Below, one piece after another: positions 37,692-50,478 of a stretch of DNA of 64,000 nucleotides; positions within the stretch are counted from its first letter, which is position 1; the number at the start of each line of letters is the position of its first letter. Made by a program: the position numbers and the translations under genes. Source of the DNA: Haliotis cracherodii (Eukaryota); the NCBI RefSeq assembly GCF_022045235.1, contig NW_027266266.1, forward strand, positions 38,688,001-38,752,000, given 5' to 3'. The notes under the pieces are model-generated. The model did no database searches. It had not been told where the DNA came from and was given only the letters and a program-made list of their open reading frames with translations.

Positions 37692-40600
37692 ATGGTTTGT
37701 CTAAACATCAGTCCAAAGGTGGCACTGGTTGACGAGAAAATCTCCATCACAGTTACTGGCCTTTGTCCGCTACAGCGAGTGACAGTACAGGCATGGGTGG
37801 AAGAAGGAAAGGCAGTGTTCAGCTCATGTGGCCATTTCCTGGCAGACCAACAAGGACAGGTCGATATTGCTCAACATGCGTCATTGGGAGGATCATACAG
37901 AGGTAAATAAGTGCCAATGCTACCTCATTTACTTCAACGGATTGCTGTAAACATATGCTAGCTCTAACGATTCTTAAGAAGCACAGTGATTCATCTACAG
38001 GCATCCGCCTATCACCTTTCAGGCATCATAAATGCCCCTGTCAGTCACAGATTTTTTTTTGTATTGTTAAGGTCCTGTAACATTTCCTGTACTGTAAACA
38101 TTCATACGTACTCAGCATTCTTCATTACATATTTTATAGCTAATTTCCAAATTGAAAGGTTTCATCCAGAAATTGGTACGAACAGAACTTAATTGTTAAA
38201 TCAATACATAACCTCACAAGATTAGTGAACAATTCTTGATATTTAAGAATCACACAGTACTCTCCTCACTGGCCAATACGACATCAACCTTTATTGGTTA
38301 CCTTGTCATATTGGTATTTACTGGTAACACACGAGCTGATCCTGCAGCTAAAGCAGCTCGTGATAAATCAGTCTCTCATTTCTCAGTTCCCTCCAGTGAT
38401 TTTAAACAATGCATCAAGGAACAGGTCTGTATTTTGAAGCAGAAAAAATTAAACACCCAAGTGGGTACTTACACCCAAATAAGGTTACACCTACATGTAC
38501 TTGGGTTGCCAGTCCAGACAAGACGAGGTTGTTTTGCGACGATGTCACATTGGCCATAGTCGTGATACCCATGAATATTTATTGAAAGGTGAGGATCCTC
38601 CATTCTGTATCCCTTGTGGTGAGAGAATCACTATCAAGCATTTCCTGCTTCTCTGTGTTGATTTTGCCATCACAAAGGATAACTTTTTCAACGTCTCATC
38701 CATGAAGGATTTTTTTTTATATCAGTTCACATTTATTTGTTAGTTTTGTAAAAGAAATTTATTTAATTGATAAATTTTGATTAAAAGATTTATTGTAAAA
38801 AGTAGATGAGTTTGTGAATGAATTAATAACTTAGATTTTAAGTGGCTATACCTTCAAAGGGGGTTGAAGTAACGTAAAACAATTGTCCCCTGAGAGAGTA
38901 CGTCAGTAATCAAAGTATTTTTCACATCTCCGTGATTTTAATCGTAGAATACTTGTCGAGTTTGACTGGTTGGCTTAATTATCTGACAACTGCCAGTGGC
39001 CAAAGGGATGGTGTATGTCCTGCTGGGTACCACGTAGGTAGCAGAAGTACCGTAAGTCCCCATGAACACTAGTATGGTGCCCTGACTTTGGTTGCTGGTA
39101 ATTTATAGCCCATTTCTATGATGTAGTGTTATGAATAGTCATATTTTAGGAATAAATGCCAGTTATGAAGATAAATCTATTATACTCTAGTTGTTTTACT
39201 GACTATTGTCGACGGGTTTTTATGAACTCAAAATGCCTTTAGTCTTGATATATAAATTGGTCTCGTCACGATGTGCCTGAAATACTGCCGATGTAACGTT
39301 AAATCGTAACTCAACCACTCACTCGCACTGACAATAACTGACATTGTTAAAAAGAAAAACTAACGGTACGAACAAAATATATATAGTATTATAGCTAAAC
39401 TCGACAGAATTATCAATAAACCGCCCACATGTTATCAAAAATGAGCGGGCCACTGCAACTTGATAATGCCCTCATATTGCTTGAGGACGGGCCATTATCA
39501 CGCCCGTTGTTAGGTGACGTCATAGGATAGGGATAGGTGACATCACGTTCAATAGTGACGTCATCTGGTTTGTTCTATGAAGTTTTCATATTTGCAAAAG
39601 TGGGTCAGTAACATTCGTGTTGATTGCAGTAAATGTTTCAAAACCGATATTATTGTTTCTTTTATTTGATAACAAATTCCAAATCAAATAGATAACAAAT
39701 TCCATCCATTTTAGCTATAAGAACGGTTACGCTATTTTCAGGGCATTATCATTTGCAGAAGCCGTCGCGCAGTTAATCGAAGAACTCGAGCTTCTGCAAA
39801 TGATAATGCCTTGAAAAATAGCGTTTCCCTTATAATAATGATGAAAAGGTGGTGATTTGCCTTGTTAAGACATATTTTCTTTGAAGTGTCATTGAAATGT
39901 CACTGCAACTTTGAAAAAATATCAAATGTCATGTTTGTCAGTGTATCTCTTTTCATTCAGGTATTGACAGTATGGGCCTGTTCTGGAGTATGAAGCCTGT
40001 CCCAGGCATGTCAAAGGCCGCGCTTCTCAGGAAGGTAGACGTGACAACACCTCTTGTCTTCAGACTATCAGTCATGGATGACCACATTCCCTTTGCTGAC
40101 CTCCAGCAGCTCACGACAGTGGTGCTGGTTGCCGACGAGGTACAACGCTGGTACAAACACGGTTCTGTGAGGAGGATTGTCATGCGTGAAGGTTCTCTGA
40201 GAGGAACCCTCTTCTTGCCTGCAGGTAAGACCCCATGGTTCGAACACGTATGCGTATAGTTTCGCCTCTTTGAAAATACAAGGATTCCTTTAATTGATAT
40301 ATGGCTGTAACATATTTCAGTATAAACCTGTATAACTAGTGTGTAACAAAGCGGGTCTTTGGAAAGATTCACATCTCAGATATGATAAACAGTTTGAATT
40401 AGTTTTTGTGTTAGTACAACATTGTAAAGGACGCAATTTAATTATAACAACTTGCACAGCTTATATTACATCATTCATTGTGAACAGGTGAAGGGCCATT
40501 TCCTGGAGTGCTCGACATGTTTGGTTCAGCTGGAGGTCTGGCGGAGTTCCGTGCTGCCTTGTTGGCGTCTAGAGGCTTTGCTTGCTTTGCTCTTGCCTAC

Positions 40601-43600
40601 ATCAGATATGATGATCTGCCTACTTCATTGGCTGGCATTGACTTTGAATACTTTCTTGTAAGTTGCTTAAATGAATATGCTTAATACTATGAAAGATGTT
40701 CGTACCCTGAATATGTTTTATTATGTACATGGACAATTACGTTACCTAACAGAGCATGGAAACTTTAAAAAAAACTATCAATTCTGAAGATAATGAATCG
40801 TGAATCTCAATCCTAGAAATGTTGGGCTTATAACCACAACCATCAAACGGTATTTACCTGATAATATTTAACTATGTACTTACAATCTAACTTAGCACAT
40901 ATCTATTCAGCATGTCCTGCAAACAAAATGATGTATCCCTGCAAACAAAATGATGTATCACAGTCTTTTCTGGAACAAATCATTATTGTCAATACATGTA
41001 CAAGCCCCCCTCCCCCCCCCCCCCTCTCAACATGGCATGTCAACTAATCAGGTGAACGTGATTGAACAATGAAAAGTCAAAATATAGTTGATACAGATTT
41101 GAAATAGGTGTGTCTATTAGGCATGTTCTCTCTAACGTGTATTGTCTGCATTCAATACCAGCTTTCCCAACCATAACAGATACAATTCTCTCAATAGGTG
41201 AAGGCTTTGGTGAATATCTGTGGTGCTCCGGTGTATGGATCTGACGAACTAAAAAAGTGTGGACATTTGTTTTGGAAAGGGTTCAAGTAAGCATGTCTAT
41301 GTCTTCCATGCGTTGTATTTAATAGCTGTGCTCAGCAATAATCAAACTATATAATGGCTGTCTTAGATAATCTCAATATCACTGAGCCTTTTTGCAATGG
41401 AGGTCGAAGTGTTAGACATCAGTTTTGGAATAGCTCAGAGCAATCAACATTATTAACCGAGCCTGACCCCCTGATCTAGTGTTGTCATCTGCTGGGTACG
41501 TACTCCTAATCGGACCCACACAGGCGACAACACGTCAATAGTCACCTTTCGTTATGATCTCTGGGTATTCATGTCTTAAATATGGTCGCCACTGTTGCAA
41601 CCAATGTCATTTTGTTGGGAACAGTTGGAATTTTGTAAGCAGTAAACCTGAGAGCCTTATTTGATATGATTTCATTTTCAGGATGGATGAAAGTAAATTG
41701 AGACAAACCGATGAAGGTGTTTATTTGAAAGACGCGGCTCGCTATGACACTGAAATCATACCAGTGAGTGTATTTATTCACAGCAATCCACATATTTTGT
41801 GAGTCATTTCTTGTCACTTTTTGTTTATGTCAGGGGTACAGCTTCATGATATAACCTGTGTTGAACAATTACTAGTACATGGACATCAATAAGCATGTAG
41901 ACAGTATAACTGTTCAGGCAAATATTCATAAAACGTCAGTATAAACGTAATTAATACGGACAGTGGGTTTCCAAAACTCGTTATGGAATAGTGCCAGAAG
42001 TTGATATGTTCCTGCATTTGGATCGATTTTACTTATTTCATGTTTAGAATTAGTAGGTAAATTGGACAGAAATAGACGTACATCATAGATCACGAGGTAA
42101 TGGATGAATTCATTGTGTGAGCTGTGCATTTTCTTTTAGTAGTGTAAAAATGAAAATGCTGAACATACTATTAGGCTGGGTGATTTATGTCGTGGAAGTC
42201 AGGAAGGAAAAGGATGAATTTGCTTTTTTTATTCTTATTCATTAAAGTTTAATATATTCAAGATGAAAGGCCCACATAATAATTGGTTACAAAATGTTAA
42301 AGTTAAGGTGATCAAAGGAAATACATGTACAGTGCATATGACGTGAATGAGAATATTTTGGGATTGAAATAGCTTTTTACAGAATTGGAGCAGAGACGGG
42401 TGACAAGAATAGTTACACAGTTTCAGTTGATGTTGCCACTTTTGGTGCAGGGGAATTTGGAACTGCAATTGGTTTAAGTCTGACTTCCCGTATAACTTAA
42501 GATCGTTTCGATAGTACCATGAAATAATAACAACCATGTTCTGATTTTTACACAAAGACCGTAAGACCGACGTAACACTCTTTATAGGTGAAATACCAGA
42601 CATCTCTATGGGGAGCGATACTAAATTAGGGCTAGAATAATAAGGGTCAGCTAGGCTAGAAATAATTCACATATTTCATTATTGTTTTCTCTGGTTGATT
42701 TTGTCTTTATACTGCAATGGGCCATCGGTATAATTCCATGCCTCAGGCCCTTGGCATATCTATTATCTCTTTCATGAAATCCAATGCAGGATCGATAGGT
42801 TCTACTGCGGTTTCGTGGCTTTTTCTGAAACGATTTTAGCAGTATGACTCTGTGCATCTCCCTTTGGCATATTTATGGCATTCTCTTGTAGGTACGATGG
42901 GGTTTGTACACTCGGGTATTAGGTATTGCTGCTTCATGACACTATTTAAATGTCTTTGCAGGCCTGGTCGAATAATGCCCAGATCTTATACTTGTGTGGT
43001 GAAGATGATGGCGTATGGAGAACAGACTTTTCCAATACATTCATTGAGACTTGTCCTGAAGAGAAGAAAAATAACATTGAACTCATCATCTATCCAGGTA
43101 CAGGACATCTTATTGAGCCACCATACATGCCCGTGTCCAGAGCAATGTTCCATAAAGTCCTTGGTGAGTGTTTATTTGTATTAGCCACACTTACGTGTAC
43201 ATGTAGCACACAGTACAACCAAAGACCAATACAGAACAAACCGAACACATTCTTGTAGTCTGTCACTCAAATTCATTGTAGACGTCTCACAGTGCTGCAA
43301 CAAACTGACCACTTTGTACTAAGATATCGGCATCTATGTGTGCCTGTGTGTGCGTGCGTGCATGCTTGTGTGCTGTTTTGCGTGCTAGCGTTTCGGGACA
43401 TATATTTTCGCATTTAACTTCTCCACGTTGTCTTAGTTGTTGATCTCAGCTTATTCTCGTGATTTGATCATTATTATGTCTTTTGTAACCAGGAGAAGGA
43501 CCAAAGTTCAAGAAACTGTCATCAGGTTAATTTTTGCCCCAAACAAGTTACCATTCACCTTTCCGCAACCGCCGTTTCTTTACTTCACCTTATGATGTGA

Positions 43601-44217
43601 CATTTGCGCTATGCATTCTACCTCGTGTCACAAGAATCATATCATATCCATGCTTGCAACGATATTGCATCCTCCAATGTGGCAATACACAGCAAATCTA
43701 TATAGGTTTCTGTTCCATAGTGACATGACTATACACCAGTAGCTCTAGTTTGTTTTTTTATTAAATACCATATTGTAATCGAGATTGTTTGAACGAGGCT
43801 GTAATATGTTTAAACAGAAAAGAATTTAACATGGTCATTGACTTAGTAACGCTGATCGATATTGCGATGATGAAATATATTTAACTGAGCAACAACAATG
43901 ACGGCTAATTTTTCAACAGAGTTAGATCGATACGTGTTACTTATACTGTTCAATTGTATTTGTATTTTAGTCTGTTTCTCAATATGACATATTACATATT
44001 TGACCAGGTAAGCCTTTATATTCAATCCTGATAAATTCTTCACTGACAAACTTGTACTGTACTCGACTCTGGATGTGCTTCCCTAACAGGCTATACAGTG
44101 GTGATGGGAGGAAAGCCTAAAGCTCATTCAGCAGCCCAGGAGGACGCCTGGGGAAGACTTCTTCACTTTCTCCAGAAACACTTGCCACATGAGCATCACA
44201 CATCTGGTCGGTTATAG
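37692..44217 (+). CDS. ACOT/BAAT-like copy C, 381 aa, in frame but lacking the catalytic-Ser exon (exons 37692-37902, 39961-40224, 40488-40657, 41198-41286, 41682-41763, 42962-43163, 44090-44217)
   Basis: Seven GT-AG exons sum to 1146 nt with no stop or frameshift. Motifs: [83 protein letters not shown], ending TSGRL*. Confidence 0.85.
38210..39325 (+). mobile_element. 5'-truncated Nimb/I-like LINE (RNase H end, C-terminal CCHC, 3'UTR)
   Basis: [12 protein letters not shown]; [37 protein letters not shown]; tail GTCACGATGTGCCTGAAATACTGCCGATGT..ACTC. Confidence 0.85.
39389..39834. mobile_element. Non-autonomous DNA element with a terminal/subterminal IR pair and terminal hairpin
   Basis: TTATAGCTAAA (39389) pairs with TTTAGCTATAA (39710-39720), followed by the palindrome CGCTATTTTCAGGGCATTATCATTTGCAGAAGC / GCTTCTGCAAATGATAATGCCTTGAAAAATAGCG. 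Confidence 0.7.
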
Positions 44218-44299
44218 CTAAAACACTGTTCTATACCCGTAAATATTTTGTATTCAGCGTAAGTCTTTCCACTTCGTCCACCAACAACTTGATACAAGA

Positions 44300-46677
44300 T
44301 ATGAACCATTCGAATTGGAATTGACGGATACAATAATATCATTGCGTAAATGCTGATGGTTTACACCTACCGACAGACGTTCAGCTTAGGAGGGCTTTTC
44401 GGAAATTCAGACGCCAACAGACGGATTATAATAGGAAACAATATTGCAAATTAGGAAATATCTACAAATCAACATGTAGGAAATTCAAATCTAACATCCA
44501 AAGATCAAGACTGACAGAACTCTATTGCACGTTATAGAGCCCATCCATGTTTTCGAAAACGATTCGTTCAAGTCCAAACCGGGACACTCATAAACCAAAC
44601 ATATCAGCAAATGAATGGCTATCACATTTTAAAAATCTATTTTTATCTGATGAAGCACCATGTTATTCTGATTACTTATATCCTGAAGATGTTGGTAAGC
44701 ACACAAACAAATATGTAGACATACAAATTCTAGAATCACTGATAACGCATACAGAAATCCAAGACGCCTTTTCCGACCTTAAGACTGTAAACTCTGTCGG
44801 TGTCGACAAAAGTATATCGGAAATGATCAAATATTCTCTACCTAACTCTATGCCATTTCTTGTGAGATGTTTCAATAAAATATTTGATGAGGGTACGTTC
44901 CCATCCACATGGGCGAAATCAATTATCATCCCCATATTTAAACATAGTAATGTGAACAACCCTGGCAACTACCGGGGTATTTTGTAACTGGTATCTGAGG
45001 TAAGGTATTTACCAGTATTATCAATAACAGACTGATTTAGTGGTCGAACATGTGGGACCTGATACCCGAAGCGCAGGCTGGATTCTGGAAAGGCTATTCC
45101 ACATTTGACCATATTTGACCATACTCTGCTTGCAGTAACTGAAAAAGATCTCTCATATAATGACGGAAATTATATGTTGCCTTTGTGAACTTCAAAAAAA
45201 CATTCGATTCTGTGAATAGACGTCGATTGTGGAAATGTTTACAAAATCACAACTTTGATGGCCAAATGTATATGATACTTAAATCAATTTATCAAAATGT
45301 TAAATCATGTGTTCGATTTGACAAGGCTGACTTTTTCGACCGGTCTGCGTCACGGATGTGTATTGAGCCCTATGCTGTATTCATTTTTGATTAATGAACT
45401 ATACACTTCACTTTCTGGAAAACATAGAGCCCAACCTTTCCTGACATAATAGAACTTTTTATGTTGTTGTTTGCGGATGATGTCATTCTTTTGTCAGAAT
45501 TACAGAACCAACTCGATATTCTGTCAGTGTACTCGGATAAATGAAGACTTGAAGTAAACTTAGATAAGACAAATATTGTGACTTTTAGAAAAGGAGGGCC
45601 TACTACATTGAGAGAAAAGGTGGCATTTAAAGGTGAATATATGAATACTGGGAATATAAATACCTTGGAATATTATTCACAAGTACATTAAACTTAAGTA
45701 AATCGGTGTTAAATGTATCAACAAGAGCAAAGAAAGCTTTCTTTCAATTACAGTCTGTTGTGTTTAAACTTGGCTTTGCTACACCTCACATTTTCTTTAA
45801 ACTGTTTGATTGGCAAATACGGCCGATCTTATTGTTTGGCGGAGAAATATGGGGCTGTCGAGAGCTTTATTCAATCGAAAAGGTTCAACTTTAAAATATT
45901 TCTTAATGTGGGAATGTCAACTCCCAGTAATATGGTTTATGGTGGATGTGGGAGGTTCCCACTATATATAACATCTTATACTCGTTATTGGCTGAAGTTA
46001 TTATGTATGCCTGCCAAAGAAATAGTATAATATGCTGGTATATCTTCATAATATTGGAAAGGACACATGGGCTTCCCGTGTACGCTTGACTCTTTTTAAT
46101 TATGGCTTTGGGCTCATATGTATCTCGCAATCTATTGGTGTCATTCATATGTTTTACAACAATTTGGCATTCTAGGCTTTCAGGATGTTCGAGATACGAC
46201 ACATATCGTAACATTAAGTCTATCCTTGAGTCGCTTCATTCAAATTAAAGATTCAAACACTTCCGCAATACATGTATACGCTTTAATAGGCTTGGTCTGA
46301 ATGATTTAAAAGTGAATAGAGGAAAATATTAAAGTTTGAAAAGTCCCGTTTGTAACCTTGGTGCTGAAGACGAATTTCATTTTATGTTTATTTGCCCCAT
46401 ATATACCAAAATAAGAAGGAAATATCTACCCGTCTGATCATTTTCATGTATTTCTAATAATAACTTTGAATGTCAGCTGTCAAGCAAAAAATTATAGCTT
46501 TCAACTGCAAGTGTCTTTATGCGTACATCATACTTTTAGGTTACGTCTGTTGTTGTTGTCTTGATACTCCGTATACTACAATATTTGTTAATATAACTGA
46601 CGGAAGTGTATGTCTATGTAACTTACTTGTATATGGGCCAATGGCCTTTCATACAATAAACCATTGAATTGAATTGA
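44300..46677 (+). mobile_element. RTE-X/CR1-like LINE, 5'-truncated and degenerate, directly downstream of the copy C stop
   Basis: FPSTWAKSIIIPIFK..PGNYRGI, EAQAGF, YVAFVNFKKTFDSV, LLFADD, C-terminal CPVC..EDEFHFMFICPIY; ends AATAAACC(ATTGA)n. Confidence 0.85.
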
Positions 46678-47139
46678 CAAAATTCCTTTTTGATTGTTCA
46701 AAATAAGCAATTCCCATAATGATAAGATTCTTTCTTATTCCAACCATATCACAAGTATGCATTCATGAATCACTAACAGTATACAAATAATTACTTTTGA
46801 ATAGATCAATATGTCACAACAAGGACACTCTGACCGGGCTGAGGCCGTATCATGCGCTTTGTCATTCCGAAAATCCCTCTAAAGTTTATGAATCCTTCAA
46901 ATCATCTTCTGTTTCATTACAGTAACTTAGCTGCGAATCGTTAACTCCTAGGGCCAGACGCCATCTTGTTTTCTAGCAGACGCGTTAATATTCATCACGT
47001 GACAGTTAATACTGATCGCGTGACGAGTCAATATTCGAGGTCAGTGTCAGTAACATGATATTGGGGTCAACTTTCAAATGTATGTTTCGTCACGTGATAC
47101 GGAATAACCAATGGATTTGCATGATTAATAATCAAGGTA

Positions 47140-47315
47140 GAACAATTAGTTATGAAACGAGGTGTTCGCCAAAAGATGAGCGTATCTTGACCCACTGGTG
47201 ACACCCGTCACAAACACTTGCAAGTCAAGCGTTCATCTGAACAAACACTGGAACATATTATCTACGATCAGAGTCAGACATAATTTCAATGCATCAAACT
47301 TTCGAAATGTCACTC
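47140..47315 (-). mobile_element. Penelope-like element 3' terminal fragment (related copies ~36640-36800 -, ~57800-57900 -, ~52880-53150 +)
   Basis: The shared block GAGCGTATC..C(A/C)(C/G)TGGTG(A/G)CACC..TCACAAACAC also lies next to the PLE-like RT remnant at 63172-63384. Confidence 0.55.
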
Positions 47316-47746
47316 TGAATCTCACTTCTCAGCAACAGTACTATCAGTGTTCATGTTTGTGTGTCGTCGCTACATGGCTGTAATAATGTCGATGCGACGT
47401 TTAATTTTAACATACTCACTCATCTTTTCGTCACAGCAACGCTATCGCAACGTTCAACTGACAAACCACAACACCAAACAGTCCGGTATGCCCTGTGATC
47501 ACTGAGGCGCCCGTAAAAGGTGTTAATGCACACAGCCGTGTCACTGCAACGGAATGACGGTATCAACGACGAATTACCCGCTCAGGTGTTTTTGGCATAA
47601 TCTGTTGCGTATCAAACAAATTGATTGGACCATCAAATGAGGATGTCGATAGCGCCTGGCGCATAACTCATAAACTGTTCAATATTTAAGAATTGCCTTC
47701 CGCTTTGTATGAGGTCATTGGAGTATGAACCTTCGAAGATTTCCCA

Positions 47747-47912
47747 GGGCGGTCGGGTAGCTTAGTAGATAAAGCGTTCGCTCGTCACGCAGAAGACCCG
47801 GGTTCGATTCCCGACATGGGTACACTGTGTGAAGCCAATTTCTGGTATCCCCCGCCGTGATATTGCTGGAATATTGCTAAAAGCGGCCTAAAACCACACT
47901 CACTCACTCACT
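47747..47912 (+). mobile_element. SINE family A, full length, with TSD GATTTCCCAGG
   Basis: tRNA-like head, (ACTC)n tail, direct repeat on both sides. Confidence 0.9.
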
Positions 47913-49206
47913 CGTGGATTTCCCAGGTGTTTCCTAAGAAATGTGGAAGTAGTCCGTCAGTGTTTAGTTGATTTCGAGGAAACATGTACGTCTTCAGTCG
48001 CGTGAGAAACGTATGAACTCGCTCACTCACTCACATTCAAACAACATGTAACGTTGTATACACATTAATCAGGTGCTGAGCAGGTGCTTTTTGCTGGTCA
48101 GGTGTGTTTTATCTGTTTTTTTTTACAATTTTAAGTAAAGTAGTAGTACTACTGAGATTGACACAGAATTATCAAAGGCTAAGGAACACAAATCAAGAAC
48201 ACACAAGATATGTGAACATAGACATTTCAAGAAGAATGAGCGAGTGAGATGACGCCGCTTTTAGCAATATTCCAGCAATATCACGGCGGGGGACACCAGA
48301 AATGTGATCAGGCTGTTTGAGTGTGACCGCACCCGCCGACGGCGTGTATTGTGGAATTATTGTTCAATCAACAACACATTGCCTGCCTGGTCGCCGTGAT
48401 AATACTGTGGTACTGCCTACCACAGCGTAAAACCATAGTCACTCACTCACTTTATCACTCCTCCTTTCACATCCACCGACGCGGAACACACGGTCACAGA
48501 CATCATCACTGCACTCCTTCACCTAAACACCTTTTGGGTTTGTCTATCGCTTATTTGAAAAGAATAAAAGCCGACTTCCTTGTACTAACCAAACAACTGA
48601 CTGTCAAAAGCAAACATTACTTGAAAACTCTGCCATGGGGTATCGTGTTTACTTTATTATGTTATATTTGCTACGAAAGAAAACTTTTTCATTGACGTAC
48701 GTTGGGACTGCCCCATATACAAAATGTGAAAACATAGTACCAGGAAGGTCGTCCTTCGTGTCATGGCCTACATCCTGATTCAGTTAGGTATATAAATAAA
48801 GAGCAGTGAATCATCACTTTGCCATCTACGACCACATTTGCTATTGCCCTTTCAAAGAAATATTTTCATCTCACATAGCTTAATAAATACTTCACCTCAT
48901 GACCTGGCTGGTGTTGAGCGCTGAATAGTTCTCTGACAACGGCTGTTCTACTATGCATTTATATTTTTCCTCAAATGAATTTATTATCAATCAAATATGG
49001 TTCAACCGTTTGGAAAGAAAATAAACCTCATATTAAGAAACAGTATCGAGGCCCGACAGATATTTTTGAATGTCGTCAGCAAATACGAACCCATGTACAT
49101 AACACCGATATTGCTGCATAAATGTAAAGGACAATTTGACAAGCACGAAACTAAACATTTAAACAATGGTTCAGCAATCATATACATTTAATACTGAATA
49201 GTGATT

Positions 49207-49350
49207 GAGTGAGTGAGAATGGTTTTACACCGCTTTCAGCAATATTCCAGCAATATCACGGCGGGGGGACAACAAAAATGGGCTTCACATTTTGTATCAA
49301 TGTCGGGAATAGAACCCGTGACGAGGAATAGCTTTAACCACTAGGCTACG
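49207..49350 (-). mobile_element. SINE family A, degenerate copy (partial copies also at ~23066-23175, ~28777-28834, ~48237-48305)
   Basis: Shared body GCAATATTCCAGCAATATCACGGCGGGGGAC. Confidence 0.8.
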
Positions 49351-50325
49351 CTATCGACTCTAATATTGCATAGGAATAGGCGTTTCAACTTCGACCATTT
49401 TATGCCTTCTTTGGTATTTGATTTAAGTTACCATAGAACATTATACACACAAAAAATATTTGCTTTTTACATTAAACTTCTTATCATAAGCACAGATTCT
49501 CTGAGCGAAGTTGATTTCAGTTTTCGTCAATAACGGCGTAGTTTTAAATTGATTTTATTTTCATAAATAAATGAAAGGAAAACAATACGATACAATCACT
49601 GGTTTGTCTGATCATGACACCATTCAATATTATTCTCTACAGTAAGTATGAGCATGAGATGATGAACGCAAGAGGTCTTTGGTTTGACCGGTCACTGTGC
49701 GATGAACTGAAACCTCGATCAACATTCCTAATACAAAACGCAAAGTCCAGTTCTTTGTTAACAGGTTTATTTGAATGTAATCAACAAATATAAAAGAATT
49801 CTGGTAGGATTGAAAAATGTAACTAAATCAAATAAATTGTACAGCGGACAGGAGATGTGTTTTAACACAGAACGCAATTCATAAATTGAAAACAGAAGTA
49901 AAAAGGTCATTATAAACTGAATCTATTTTTGAGCACATATCATTCTACCATGAATTTGAAAATACCGGTTTCTCGCCTTTCAAAGCACATTACCCCCCTC
50001 TGATTGAAACAGCCCTCTTATTGACAGTGAGTACTGTTTTTTTAGTCACTGTGGACAGGCATTTTGAAACATTGATGTGAACAATACTAGTTTAGAAATG
50101 CATAACTGTGGTTTCTAGTCATGATTCACTGTATGCATGACAATACATTGGGAGAAGTAGAAAACGACAGAATTCGCACGACAACTTTCCTTCCTTTAAG
50201 AAAAGGAAGTAGGACTTCCGTGGTGGATACACGTGTTCATTAAAAATAATATATGGAATATTTTACTTGTTGTTAAATGAATAAAAGATACAAAAGATAC
50301 TTCTAGCAGGGTCCATTGTGCCATG

Positions 50326-50478
50326 AGCGGTCGGGTGGCCTAGTGGTTAAAGCTTTCGCTCGTCACGCCTAATACCCGGGTTCGATTCCCGACATGGTTA
50401 CAATGTGTGAAGCCCATTTCTGGTGTCCCCACGCCGCGATATTGCTAAAAGCGGCGTTAAACCATACTCACTCACTCA
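50326..50478 (+). mobile_element. SINE family A with TSD CCATTGT(G/A)CCAT
   Basis: tRNA-like head and tail, flanking direct repeat. Confidence 0.88.

Noticed and set aside
44640-44700. CTGATGA as a hammerhead ribozyme core (also 16690, 25408, ~33041)
   Set aside because: No flanking stems or correctly placed GAAA; most lie inside LINE coding remnants.
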